From Zygophlyctis sp. KS116 (lineage: Eukaryota; Fungi; Chytridiomycota): DNA of 8,329 nucleotides. Of this stretch, positions 1 to 7,828 are shown one piece after another (the stretch's first letter is position 1; the number at the start of each line of letters is the position of its first letter). The stretch spans positions 1-8,329 of the forward strand of contig BAAFSQ010000380.1 of assembly GCA_054661495.1 (NCBI GenBank). The letters run 5' to 3'. Under the pieces are notes generated by a model. That model was not told where the DNA came from. It did not search any database and worked only from the letters and a program-made list of their open reading frames with translations. Both the position numbers and the translations under genes were made by a program.

Positions 1-66
1 TAATGTACTTGATTACCAAGTTTTATGTTTATAGCATCAAAACTCGAAGAGATAATTGTCTCGAAG

Positions 67-77
67 ACGACGAGTCG
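67..77 (+). repeat. Left target-site duplication of LINE A (ACGACGAGTCG)
   Basis: Identical 11-mer at 4586-4596, immediately after the element's 3' tail. Confidence 0.9.
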
Positions 78-99
78 GTGGAAAAAAAAAAAAATTTTG

Positions 100-1356
100 A
101 TGTCGGCGACGAAAAAAGAAGTAGCAGCAATTTTGGAAAGAGTTGAGGGATTTGAAACTGCATTTGAGCAGATTAAGGAAGCTAATAAAGAGGAAGTTAA
201 AAAAATGATGGAAGGCATGTTTAATGACTTCCGAAAAGAAATGGATACAGCCTTAATGCAAATTAAGGGATATTTGAAATTGATCACTGATGCTAATAGA
301 GCATCGACAGAGTTGATTAAGGAGTTTCAGCAACAAGCTAAAAGAATTGAGTCTAAGGAGGATGATAAATCCAAGAAAGGAAAGCAGACGGAAGTCACCA
401 AACAGGGCGATAAAGAGGACAAAAAAGTAGAAGATTCCAAGAAGGAAAAATCTAAGAAAACGGAAGCAAAGAAGACAGCTGTTGGCTTTTCCAATAGTGG
501 GTCCTCTTATGCAAACGTGGCACAGCAAAGTACTAACCCTAATGAGGGTAAGGAGGATCGAGATGTCATAATTAAGGAGATTTTAGACTCTGAAATTAGA
601 AAGAATGACTTATATTACTTAGCAACTACAGTTTCCGGTGAAAAAGAGTGGTTCCTGCACTCAACCCTCACTGGAATTGAACCGGAATTAAAAGCGTTTC
701 ATGCAGCTAATCCGGGGGCACCAACTTTAGAGGATCACATGTTTGGGAGTTGGAAAACTGTTGGCCGTAAAAAGAAAAGAATTATCCAAAAACTGAATAA
801 AGAAAAAACAATTACTGAAGCGGATTTGGACTTTATCTTAAATGATAAAATTGAAACTAGAAAGGAGCCTACTGCGTTTACTCAGCTTGCCTATAAAGCA
901 ACGAATTTACGCAGATATAAAAATAGCACTTACAGACAAAGAAATGTTTTATTACATCTTCTACTCAAAAGACTTGGTTTGGCGGCTTATGTGTTCCGGT
1001 CGTCATGGATTGGATCTTCTGTGGTAGAATTTTATATTCCCCTAGAATATAAAGACAGATTTAAAAAAGGGATGACAAGAATGAGTTGGGAGTTAATTGA
1101 TAAATTTAAACCGGAAGAACTTCCAGTATTTGAAGGATCTACTCCGTTAACTTCAATAGAGAAAGAAATCAGAGAGGAAAAATTAGTACAGAGATTAGGA
1201 TTTTTACATGCTAATGCAAGATTGATAAATCTTAAAGAGTGTATTTTAGAAGGAATCTCGGAAAAAATACAGCAAAAGGTTATAATGAAAAGCGAAACTA
1301 TACAGAGAATAAGACAGGGTGAACTATCGGCCAAACGAGACAAGAATAATCAATGA
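100..1356 (+). CDS. LINE A ORF1 protein, putative nucleic-acid-binding/chaperone protein (418 aa from ATG 100)
   Basis: Lies directly upstream of pol. N-terminal coiled-coil-like helix, K/E-rich linker, SYANVA and WKTVGRKKKR motifs, basic C-terminal domain. The ORF-track start at 25 lies outside the TSD, so ATG 100 is preferred. Confidence 0.88.
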   Translation: MSATKKEVAAILERVEGFETAFEQIKEANKEEVKKMMEGMFNDFRKEMDTALMQIKGYLKLITDANRASTELIKEFQQQAKRIESKEDDKSKKGKQTEVTKQGDKEDKKVEDSKKEKSKKTEAKKTAVGFSNSGSSYANVAQQSTNPNEGKEDRDVIIKEILDSEIRKNDLYYLATTVSGEKEWFLHSTLTGIEPELKAFHAANPGAPTLEDHMFGSWKTVGRKKKRIIQKLNKEKTITEADLDFILNDKIETRKEPTAFTQLAYKATNLRRYKNSTYRQRNVLLHLLLKRLGLAAYVFRSSWIGSSVVEFYIPLEYKDRFKKGMTRMSWELIDKFKPEELPVFEGSTPLTSIEKEIREEKLVQRLGFLHANARLINLKECILEGISEKIQQKVIMKSETIQRIRQGELSAKRDKNNQ

Positions 1357-4300
1357 AATTCATGTTTTTTAATGCAAACGGATGGAACAATAGAAAAGAA
1401 GATATCATAAAATTTATGGAAGAAGAAATAATTGACATAGCCTTTATTGTGGAAACACGTATGAAGGATCATGCTCATATTAAAAATTTACTTTTGGAAG
1501 TCCCTTATGGGAAAGGAAATGCCGGAGGCAATATTGGAGGAATGATAGCAATATCACGAATACCATTAAAAATTAAAATTAAAACATTAGAAGTTGCAAA
1601 GGACAATTGGTGGACAATTTTACAGATTGACCAGGACATTTATGGCATTTGCTATTTCCCACCATCAATACAATTCAAAAGAAGCTACACAGATTTTTAC
1701 GATCATCTAAGAACCCATTCGGACAATTGGAATCGTAGAATTTTAGTAGTTGGAGATTTTAATAGTAGACACACAGAATTTGGAGATCACAGCAATAATA
1801 CAAGGGGTGTAGAGTTCACAATCTTACTTCAAGAACAGGTTCTCTCATTCTGCAAACCAACAGAAGGCAAATATACAACTAAGAATCATCTTGGAAAAGG
1901 AATCACTGATTTATTACTGATAAGCGAATACGATATAGTAGAGGATTTAAGAGTACATGAAAGTAAAAGTTTGGGAGGATCAGACCATAGACCGCTCACA
2001 TGGACTGGAACTTTGATGTATCTTCAACCTCAAAATAGGAAAAAAATGTGGAATATAATGAACTTTATAAAGAATGAAGACTGTGTTAAAGAGTATCAAC
2101 GAAGTTTGGACAACAATCAACTATCACTAGATGAAAGGAACATCAAAGAGGCAATTGATAAGAACTGGGATAATTTTGAACTATGGATCAATAAGGCATT
2201 AAAAGAATCATGTGGATATAAGAAGGAAATTAATTGGAGTACGAGCAATTGGTGGACACCGGAGCTTAGAAATCAGTCACGGGAAATAGACGATTATGTG
2301 AACTCAGGGGAACTGAATCAGACTGACAGAGAAATCTTCAAGAGATATCGTGCAAACTGGAGGAACAGGAAAGAAAAGCTTCTACGAGACAGATTAGATG
2401 ATCTGTGCAATAGAGGAAAGAAAAATGAATTTTTCAAATATGTTAAAAAATTAAGCTTTTATGGAAAGAAGAAAACATCGGCCCTGGACAAAGGAAAAAT
2501 CTCGGAGTATGAAAATTACTTTATGAACACATTTGGTGGAACCCCAACTGGAAACAGAAGTCTGTACGATGAGCAGGTATTGGAATCTAGTAAGGTAGAG
2601 AACGAGACCATTTATGAAGGCGAGGAGGAAATCACAGAAGAGGAAATAGAAAAGGCAATTAGCAAACTAGGAAGAGGAAAAGCACCAGGATTGGACAAAT
2701 TACCAGCAGAAATTTACTTATATGGCGGAAAAGCTATAGTGGAAATTCTATACAGGATCTTTAATCAGATGTGGAGAATCTCTTACACACCTCGAGCATG
2801 GAACAAAGCACTGGTTTGTCTCATATACAAGAATAAGGGAGAAGTCGATAATATTGCTAATTACAGACCCATCTCACTTACGATTGTAGCAAAGAGACTA
2901 TTGGAAATAATTATTGATGGCAGACTGACAGAATTTAAAAGCAAAGTACATGACTATCAGGCAGGATTCAGGCCAAAAAGATCTACTGTGGATCAAATAT
3001 ACTGCTTGCAAGAAATATACGAACTCAATAAAAAAATGAAAAAGAACACAATCTCAATTTTTCTAGATTTAAGGGCAGCGTACGATTGTGTGGATAGAAA
3101 TATTTTGTGGACAAGACTTAGTAACAAATATAAAGTACCAATAAGGATGATACAATTAATCAGATCTCTCTTCGATTGTAATTCTAGTCACCTCCTGGTG
3201 GAAGACTCAATCGCAGAAGAGGGCATAAAGAATAGAAGAGGAGTACCACAAGGATCATCACTATCTCCTATAATGTTTAATTTTTATATAGATGGACTTA
3301 TAGAGGAGCTTCATGAGCAGAAAGAAGAAGATAGCCCATCAAGTTGCTTATTCTTTGCGGATGACGGTAACTTGCATGGCACCAACAAGAAAAATATGCA
3401 GGAACTACTAGATATATGTGATCGATGGTCACAGAATCATGGTATATCATTTGCGCCAGAAAAATGTTTAGTAGTAGCGAGAGGAAAAATTCAATTGAAG
3501 ATTGGACAGTCTATTCTACCTCAAGTAGAATCGGCCAAATATTTGGGAATTCCATTTGGTGCAAAAGGACCTATGTGGAACAAAGTAATTACGGATGGAT
3601 CTAAGAAAGCTAAAGGAGTTATAATGATGCTATCAAAACTGGGATTTAACAGTAAGATGTGGGACCCTAGCTCATCAATTAAAGTATACAAATTATTTGT
3701 AAGACCTATAATGGAATATGCGCAACAATCTACGTTGCTTGGAAAGAAAGAATTAGAATTAATACAAAGAAATCAGTTTTTAGCGCTACGTATTATTTTT
3801 GGAGTACCATGGAATACATCTAAAACAGCAATGGTCAAACTAGCTTGTTTAGAAAGTGCAAAATGCAGAAATTTACTACTCAATGCATCATTTGTTAATG
3901 ACAGACTGTATCAAGAGGAGAATAGTAATCCTACCACGGTTAGAATGAAAGAACTAGAGAAGAAGCAAGGATCTCTGATCCGTTTTTGGTTACAGGAGAA
4001 TGATCTTATTGCCAGACTAAGAGGAGCACAGAAGGTTCGAACAGAAAAAGTAAAAATTAAATACAAGGATATATCAGAAAGTAATTTTGGAGCCACTAGA
4101 ATTAGCAATGGTATAATGGTCAAGAAGAATTTAAAACATTCTACTATCCTTCGTTGGAAGGACGCAGAGGATGCCAAGATAAAAAGAAATATTATAAGAT
4201 GGAGATTAGGCAGAATTGCGTATCATCAGCAATGCAAAAATTGCAATGAAGCGGCAGAACTTTCAAGAAAGCATGCACTAGAGTGTTCAAGAACGAATCA

Positions 4301-4463
4301 ATCAATTAAAGATATCTTTCACGAGATAAATCAAGAAGAGGAAAGTCTTTCACTAGACACTGTTCTAAATCATTATATAAGCAATACGAGCGAATCTATC
4401 TTCAGATCGCTTGATATGATAATTAATACTATCACGAGTTTATGTCATGGCATACTCTTATAG
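1353..4463 (+). CDS. pol: LINE A ORF2: AP-like endonuclease, reverse transcriptase and C-terminal CCHC motif (1036 aa)
   Basis: APE motifs FFNANG, IVETR, VGDFNSRH, SDHRP. RT motifs KAPGLD, NYRPISL, QAGFR, FLDLRAAYD, GVPQGSSLSP, FFADD (3351-3365), KYLG. C-terminal CKNC-x9-H-x3-C. Confidence 0.97.
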   Translation: MKFMFFNANGWNNRKEDIIKFMEEEIIDIAFIVETRMKDHAHIKNLLLEVPYGKGNAGGNIGGMIAISRIPLKIKIKTLEVAKDNWWTILQIDQDIYGICYFPPSIQFKRSYTDFYDHLRTHSDNWNRRILVVGDFNSRHTEFGDHSNNTRGVEFTILLQEQVLSFCKPTEGKYTTKNHLGKGITDLLLISEYDIVEDLRVHESKSLGGSDHRPLTWTGTLMYLQPQNRKKMWNIMNFIKNEDCVKEYQRSLDNNQLSLDERNIKEAIDKNWDNFELWINKALKESCGYKKEINWSTSNWWTPELRNQSREIDDYVNSGELNQTDREIFKRYRANWRNRKEKLLRDRLDDLCNRGKKNEFFKYVKKLSFYGKKKTSALDKGKISEYENYFMNTFGGTPTGNRSLYDEQVLESSKVENETIYEGEEEITEEEIEKAISKLGRGKAPGLDKLPAEIYLYGGKAIVEILYRIFNQMWRISYTPRAWNKALVCLIYKNKGEVDNIANYRPISLTIVAKRLLEIIIDGRLTEFKSKVHDYQAGFRPKRSTVDQIYCLQEIYELNKKMKKNTISIFLDLRAAYDCVDRNILWTRLSNKYKVPIRMIQLIRSLFDCNSSHLLVEDSIAEEGIKNRRGVPQGSSLSPIMFNFYIDGLIEELHEQKEEDSPSSCLFFADDGNLHGTNKKNMQELLDICDRWSQNHGISFAPEKCLVVARGKIQLKIGQSILPQVESAKYLGIPFGAKGPMWNKVITDGSKKAKGVIMMLSKLGFNSKMWDPSSSIKVYKLFVRPIMEYAQQSTLLGKKELELIQRNQFLALRIIFGVPWNTSKTAMVKLACLESAKCRNLLLNASFVNDRLYQEENSNPTTVRMKELEKKQGSLIRFWLQENDLIARLRGAQKVRTEKVKIKYKDISESNFGATRISNGIMVKKNLKHSTILRWKDAEDAKIKRNIIRWRLGRIAYHQQCKNCNEAAELSRKHALECSRTNQSIKDIFHEINQEEESLSLDTVLNHYISNTSESIFRSLDMIINTITSLCHGILL

Positions 4464-4552
4464 AAGGCAATGGAGAATTTACCTGTAATCAAGAACGTGT
4501 GATATAACTGAGCTTCGGATCTAGCTTTTATTCGTTTTTAGTTAAACTGATT

Positions 4553-4558
4553 AATAAA
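4553..4558 (+). terminator. Putative polyadenylation signal AATAAA of LINE A
   Basis: Hexamer lies 8 nt before the 3' tail. The AT-rich context lowers its specificity. Confidence 0.45.
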
Positions 4559-4566
4559 AAATCATA

Positions 4567-4585
4567 TAAAGTAAGTAAAGTAAGT
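4567..4585 (+). repeat. 3' microsatellite tail of LINE A, (TAAAGTAAG)2T
   Basis: Short tandem repeat directly abutting the right TSD. Short-repeat tails instead of poly(A) are known in several LINE clades, such as the RTE group. Confidence 0.8.
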
Positions 4586-4596
4586 ACGACGAGTCG
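4586..4596 (+). repeat. Right target-site duplication of LINE A (ACGACGAGTCG)
   Basis: Identical to 67-77. Confidence 0.9.
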
Positions 4597-4670
4597 AAAT
4601 GGTGACAGATCAAACCCCTCTATTTCATATAAAAAAATTCTCCTAAGTAAAACTTGCTTATAGCATTATA

Positions 4671-4686
4671 TAGGGTTAGGGTTAGG
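4671..4686 (+). repeat. Telomeric-type repeat TAGGGTTAGGGTTAGG, probable 3' tail or priming junction of LINE B
   Basis: About 2.7 perfect TTAGGG units, 150 nt past the ORF B stop and 11 nt after a minus-strand AATAAA (4698-4703). Confidence 0.8.
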
Positions 4687-4697
4687 CTGTAAGAGAT

Positions 4698-4703
4698 TTT
4701 ATT
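4698..4703 (-). terminator. Putative polyadenylation signal AATAAA of LINE B
   Basis: TTTATT on the + strand, 11 nt from the telomeric tail. Same arrangement as in element A. Confidence 0.4.
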
Positions 4704-4721
4704 AGACTTTTTTAATCACAA

Positions 4722-4790
4722 CCTAGGTAGATTACCCTAGGACCAATCAACCAGTAAAAAACCACCAAGTGGTACAAAAAGGTAGATTGG
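4722..4790 (-). other. Two stem-loops in the LINE B 3' UTR (putative RT recognition element)
   Basis: CCAATCAACC (4743-4752) pairs with GGTAGATTGG (4781-4790) at 9/10 positions and encloses ACCAC-CAA-GTGGT (4761-4773). Second hairpin CCTAGGTA-GAT-TACCCTAGG (4722-4741). Confidence 0.65.
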
Positions 4791-4835
4791 ATTTAACTAT
4801 AATTCTATATCCCAAAAAATCGCGACTAAAGGGTC

Positions 4836-7823
4836 TTAGTCCTCTGAAAGAAGATTTTTTATATCTTCATACAATAGGCCAAATTGTTCATAATCACAGT
4901 TATTCAGATAATAATCCAACAGTGTGTAATTGTCCCCATCTTGTAGTTTAATAGAATTGATTTTCTTAATATCATCTTTGAAAGTTTTTGATTCTAAATC
5001 TTTAATAAATATTTCCTTCAAGTGCGAGTATAACCCACATCGTTTTAAATGACCCCGATTAAATTTCTTAGAACATTCTGGACAAGTAGTTTCTATGAAA
5101 GAAGAGTTCGTGCGCCATAAAATTGCTTGATAGGAAATGGGGTAGATTGTTTTTAATAGATTATCTGCGCCAGACTTCAGTCTGCATCGTGGGAGTATGT
5201 AATGTATTAGTTTACTAGGTAATAAATCATATTCTGCCGATCGCTTATGCTTTAGCCATGTTTGATATTTGACAGGAAAAGCTTCATTGTTACGGTAAAC
5301 TTTCCATTGAGTTAGAATTTGACTTTTTCTACAGTCTGTGAGGATGAAATTTATATTGTTAGAGATATAATGAGAGGTCATATAAGTTTTGAGGGGGTTA
5401 CTGTCTTGGAGCTGGTCCAGATGGTTTGCCATTGAAGCTTCGAGCTGTAGAATTCTAAAGTGAAATGATCCGAGCCCAGTAAGGAATTCCAGAATTTTGT
5501 AAGAGCGTTCCCTACCAATTATCCAGTGAATTCCTTCCTTATAGGTTATTAATAATGCGTCTAATAATTCATTTTTATCTTTTTGTTTATATATCCATTT
5601 AGTAAGTAAAGGCAAACAGTACTCTAAAATTGGTCGAATGAAGCTTCTGTATATTACGAGGCGTGTATGCATCGTCCATCTTTGGGATTGAATCATAATT
5701 CCATTAAGAAATTTTTTATGTTTTTCAGTGATGGTGGTAAGATATTGCCTCCAATGTACACCTTTCGCCGTGAAAGGGATGCCTAAGTATTTGTACTCAG
5801 ATACAAGTGGAACAATATCGTTTCCTAAGACCATTGGAAACGATTCATGTTTACATAATATGCCACATTTTTTTATCCCCCAGTCTATTTTTGAGTTATC
5901 ACTCCAATTGTAACATATATCCAATGCTTGTTGCAGATGACCCCAATTATTTGTTTTTAGAACTATGTCATCAGCAAAGAGAAGTATAGTTGTTGATGAT
6001 GGTAACTGTTCGCATATCTGGTCCGCTAATGTATCAATTATAATATTAAACAGCACTGGGGACAATATACTGCCCTGGAACAGGCCCCGAGATCTATAGA
6101 TCTTTGAAGGAGATAAAATTCCATTTACGGATATAGTCGAGTCACAATCCTTGATCATAAGTGAGTATATCATTCTAATAAAGAAAAGGGGAGTGCCTCT
6201 ACGCTTTAGTGTTTCTAAAAGGTATTGATGATTAACTACGTCGAAGGCGCTTTTTAAATCCAGATAGGCCGATATATTAAAATTGTTCCTGCACATATCG
6301 TCATTTAATAGGATGTGGGATATGGTACTCCATCCTTTTCGAAAACCAGCTTGATTATTATTTAATTTACTCCATGGTTCCTTCAAAGCATGTCGAAGAA
6401 TAATCTTTTCATATAGACGTCTGAAAACGCAGGTCAAAGAAACTGGTCTAGAGGATGATATGAATGGCATCAAAGGATCTTTCATGAGCAAGTGAATTCT
6501 AGATGTATTCCAAGATTTGGGAGTTATTGAGAATTCTAGGCATATATTAAAGAATTCAGCTATTAAGGTTGAAAAACCCGGTTGCAAATTAAGCTGTTTT
6601 ATCAATGTAATCGGGATTCCGTCCGGGCCTGCTGATTTTGCAGAGCTATATTTCTTGATAATAGTTGAGACTTCATCTGAATCTGTTTGCCAAGTTTTAT
6701 TTGATATGAGGTCGTCTCCTCCCTCGCAACTTGTTGTTTCCTGGGTTGAGTATATTTTAGAATAATACTCCATAGCTTCTGCTAGGACATCTGTGTCCTT
6801 CATTGCTTTAAATTTTCGACTTTGAGCGTACATTCGTTGAGATCTCTTAAATGTCCTTATAGCAAAAACGGATGAACAATTTGAATTATTTAGATCTTGT
6901 GAAGCGTCCCTCTTACTTTTGATAGCTTCAGGGTCGTATTGAGGGAAATTCTTTTCACAAAGGTTCAGTATTGCCCCTATTATAGATTCGTAAGCAATAT
7001 TTACTACTTCTATGGCTGAATTATAAGAGGTTATACATCCCATTTGCATTTTGTAACGTATTTTGCCTATTAATTCGGTCAGAAGAGGTTGAACCTTGGA
7101 CCATTCATATCCTATTACCGATCTCATCACTGAATCGTTCAGCAGCGAGAACGCATATCTCTTTTCTTGACCAATAATGCTTATATGATGAATATGTGTT
7201 TCTATGGGTGTTAATAATTCTATCAGTCCATGGTCAGTTCGGAAGTGAACTGTTGGTATTCTCTTATAGCTCCATAATTCATCTTTCTGACTAAAGACAT
7301 GATCATTTCCCGAAAATTTAGAATTTGATTGCCGTAGATAAATACCATAGCTACCGAGGAACGATATCAACATTTGTCCACGTTCCATGTTCCATGTTCG
7401 TTTGTCTTGCATCATCTTTCCAAACCGAACGTTTATATCTCCCATTAGAATTGAGATTTTTTCAATTCCTGGAGATATCACATCTGCCACCTCATTAAGA
7501 GTCAGTCTTGGCGGTAGATATACAGCTTTAATTCTTTCTGAGCTTATACTGAAGGTGATTGAGAACTCTGTTACAGATAAATCATGAATATGTGACATAA
7601 GAGCTCTAGAAGCAAGCATAGCAAGTCCACCATTCTGATGACCTGTGTCTCGTATCTTCTCCAAAGGAGTACTGCAGCAGAAGTATCTAGATTCCTTTAA
7701 TTCTGTAAATTTGCTAAACCAGTGTTCCGCAATTATAAATACAGTTGAAGAAGAAGTTTCATCGATTAAGTTTTCTATGTATCTGAGTTTGGGAGCGTCT
7801 AATCCACATATGTTTAGATACAA
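4836..7823 (-). CDS. pol: LINE B pol: AP-like endonuclease, reverse transcriptase and C-terminal CCHC motif (about 995 aa; frame open from 7850, start codon uncertain)
   Basis: APE motifs YLNICG, IAEHW, MGDINVR, NDHVF, TDHG. RT motifs KSAGPDG, RPVSL, QAGFR, YLDLKSAFD, GLFQGSILSP, FADD (5967-5978), YKYLG. C-terminal CPEC-x7-H-x3-C. The ORF-track start codon is TTG, not ATG. Confidence 0.96.
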   Translation of the reverse strand: MYLNICGLDAPKLRYIENLIDETSSSTVFIIAEHWFSKFTELKESRYFCCSTPLEKIRDTGHQNGGLAMLASRALMSHIHDLSVTEFSITFSISSERIKAVYLPPRLTLNEVADVISPGIEKISILMGDINVRFGKMMQDKRTWNMERGQMLISFLGSYGIYLRQSNSKFSGNDHVFSQKDELWSYKRIPTVHFRTDHGLIELLTPIETHIHHISIIGQEKRYAFSLLNDSVMRSVIGYEWSKVQPLLTELIGKIRYKMQMGCITSYNSAIEVVNIAYESIIGAILNLCEKNFPQYDPEAIKSKRDASQDLNNSNCSSVFAIRTFKRSQRMYAQSRKFKAMKDTDVLAEAMEYYSKIYSTQETTSCEGGDDLISNKTWQTDSDEVSTIIKKYSSAKSAGPDGIPITLIKQLNLQPGFSTLIAEFFNICLEFSITPKSWNTSRIHLLMKDPLMPFISSSRPVSLTCVFRRLYEKIILRHALKEPWSKLNNNQAGFRKGWSTISHILLNDDMCRNNFNISAYLDLKSAFDVVNHQYLLETLKRRGTPLFFIRMIYSLMIKDCDSTISVNGILSPSKIYRSRGLFQGSILSPVLFNIIIDTLADQICEQLPSSTTILLFADDIVLKTNNWGHLQQALDICYNWSDNSKIDWGIKKCGILCKHESFPMVLGNDIVPLVSEYKYLGIPFTAKGVHWRQYLTTITEKHKKFLNGIMIQSQRWTMHTRLVIYRSFIRPILEYCLPLLTKWIYKQKDKNELLDALLITYKEGIHWIIGRERSYKILEFLTGLGSFHFRILQLEASMANHLDQLQDSNPLKTYMTSHYISNNINFILTDCRKSQILTQWKVYRNNEAFPVKYQTWLKHKRSAEYDLLPSKLIHYILPRCRLKSGADNLLKTIYPISYQAILWRTNSSFIETTCPECSKKFNRGHLKRCGLYSHLKEIFIKDLESKTFKDDIKKINSIKLQDGDNYTLLDYYLNNCDYEQFGLLYEDIKNLLSED

Positions 7824-7828
7824 GATTT

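Larger units (their letters stand above)
78..4585 (+). mobile_element. Non-LTR retrotransposon (LINE) A, two-ORF APE-RT type, apparently full length or nearly so
   Basis: ORF1 plus ORF2 (APE, RT, CCHC), A-rich sense strand, AATAAA and microsatellite 3' tail, flanked by a perfect 11-bp direct repeat (TSD). Confidence 0.95.

Noticed and set aside
43-77. Hammerhead-like look of the empty site (GAAGA-hairpin-CGAA)
   Set aside because: There is no CUGANGA core and stems I and III cannot be built
25-99. ORF-track N-terminal extension of ORF1 (MFIASK...)
   Set aside because: It starts outside the left TSD and crosses the A13 tract, so it is a chance in-frame fusion with flanking DNA
253-1343. Short ORFs 253-528(-), 842-1027(+) and 1032-1343(-)
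   Set aside because: Shadow frames of A-rich ORF1. The hydrophobicity reflects the T-rich antisense strand, and there are no motifs
4600-4620. tRNA 3'-end-like string on the minus strand (GGTTTGATCTGTCACCA)
   Set aside because: No cloverleaf, and the T-loop consensus is poor
17-4666. 9-bp inverted repeat (17-25 / 4648-4656) and TTATAGCAT direct repeat (29-37 / 4658-4666), suggesting a small MITE or nested insertion around the empty site
   Set aside because: Short AT-rich matches are plausible by chance, and no TSD flanks the inverted repeat
1353-7823. Bacterial RT systems (group II intron, retron, Abi/DRT)
   Set aside because: The N-terminal APE domains, CCHC tails, ORF1, TSD and microsatellite tails identify eukaryotic non-LTR retrotransposons
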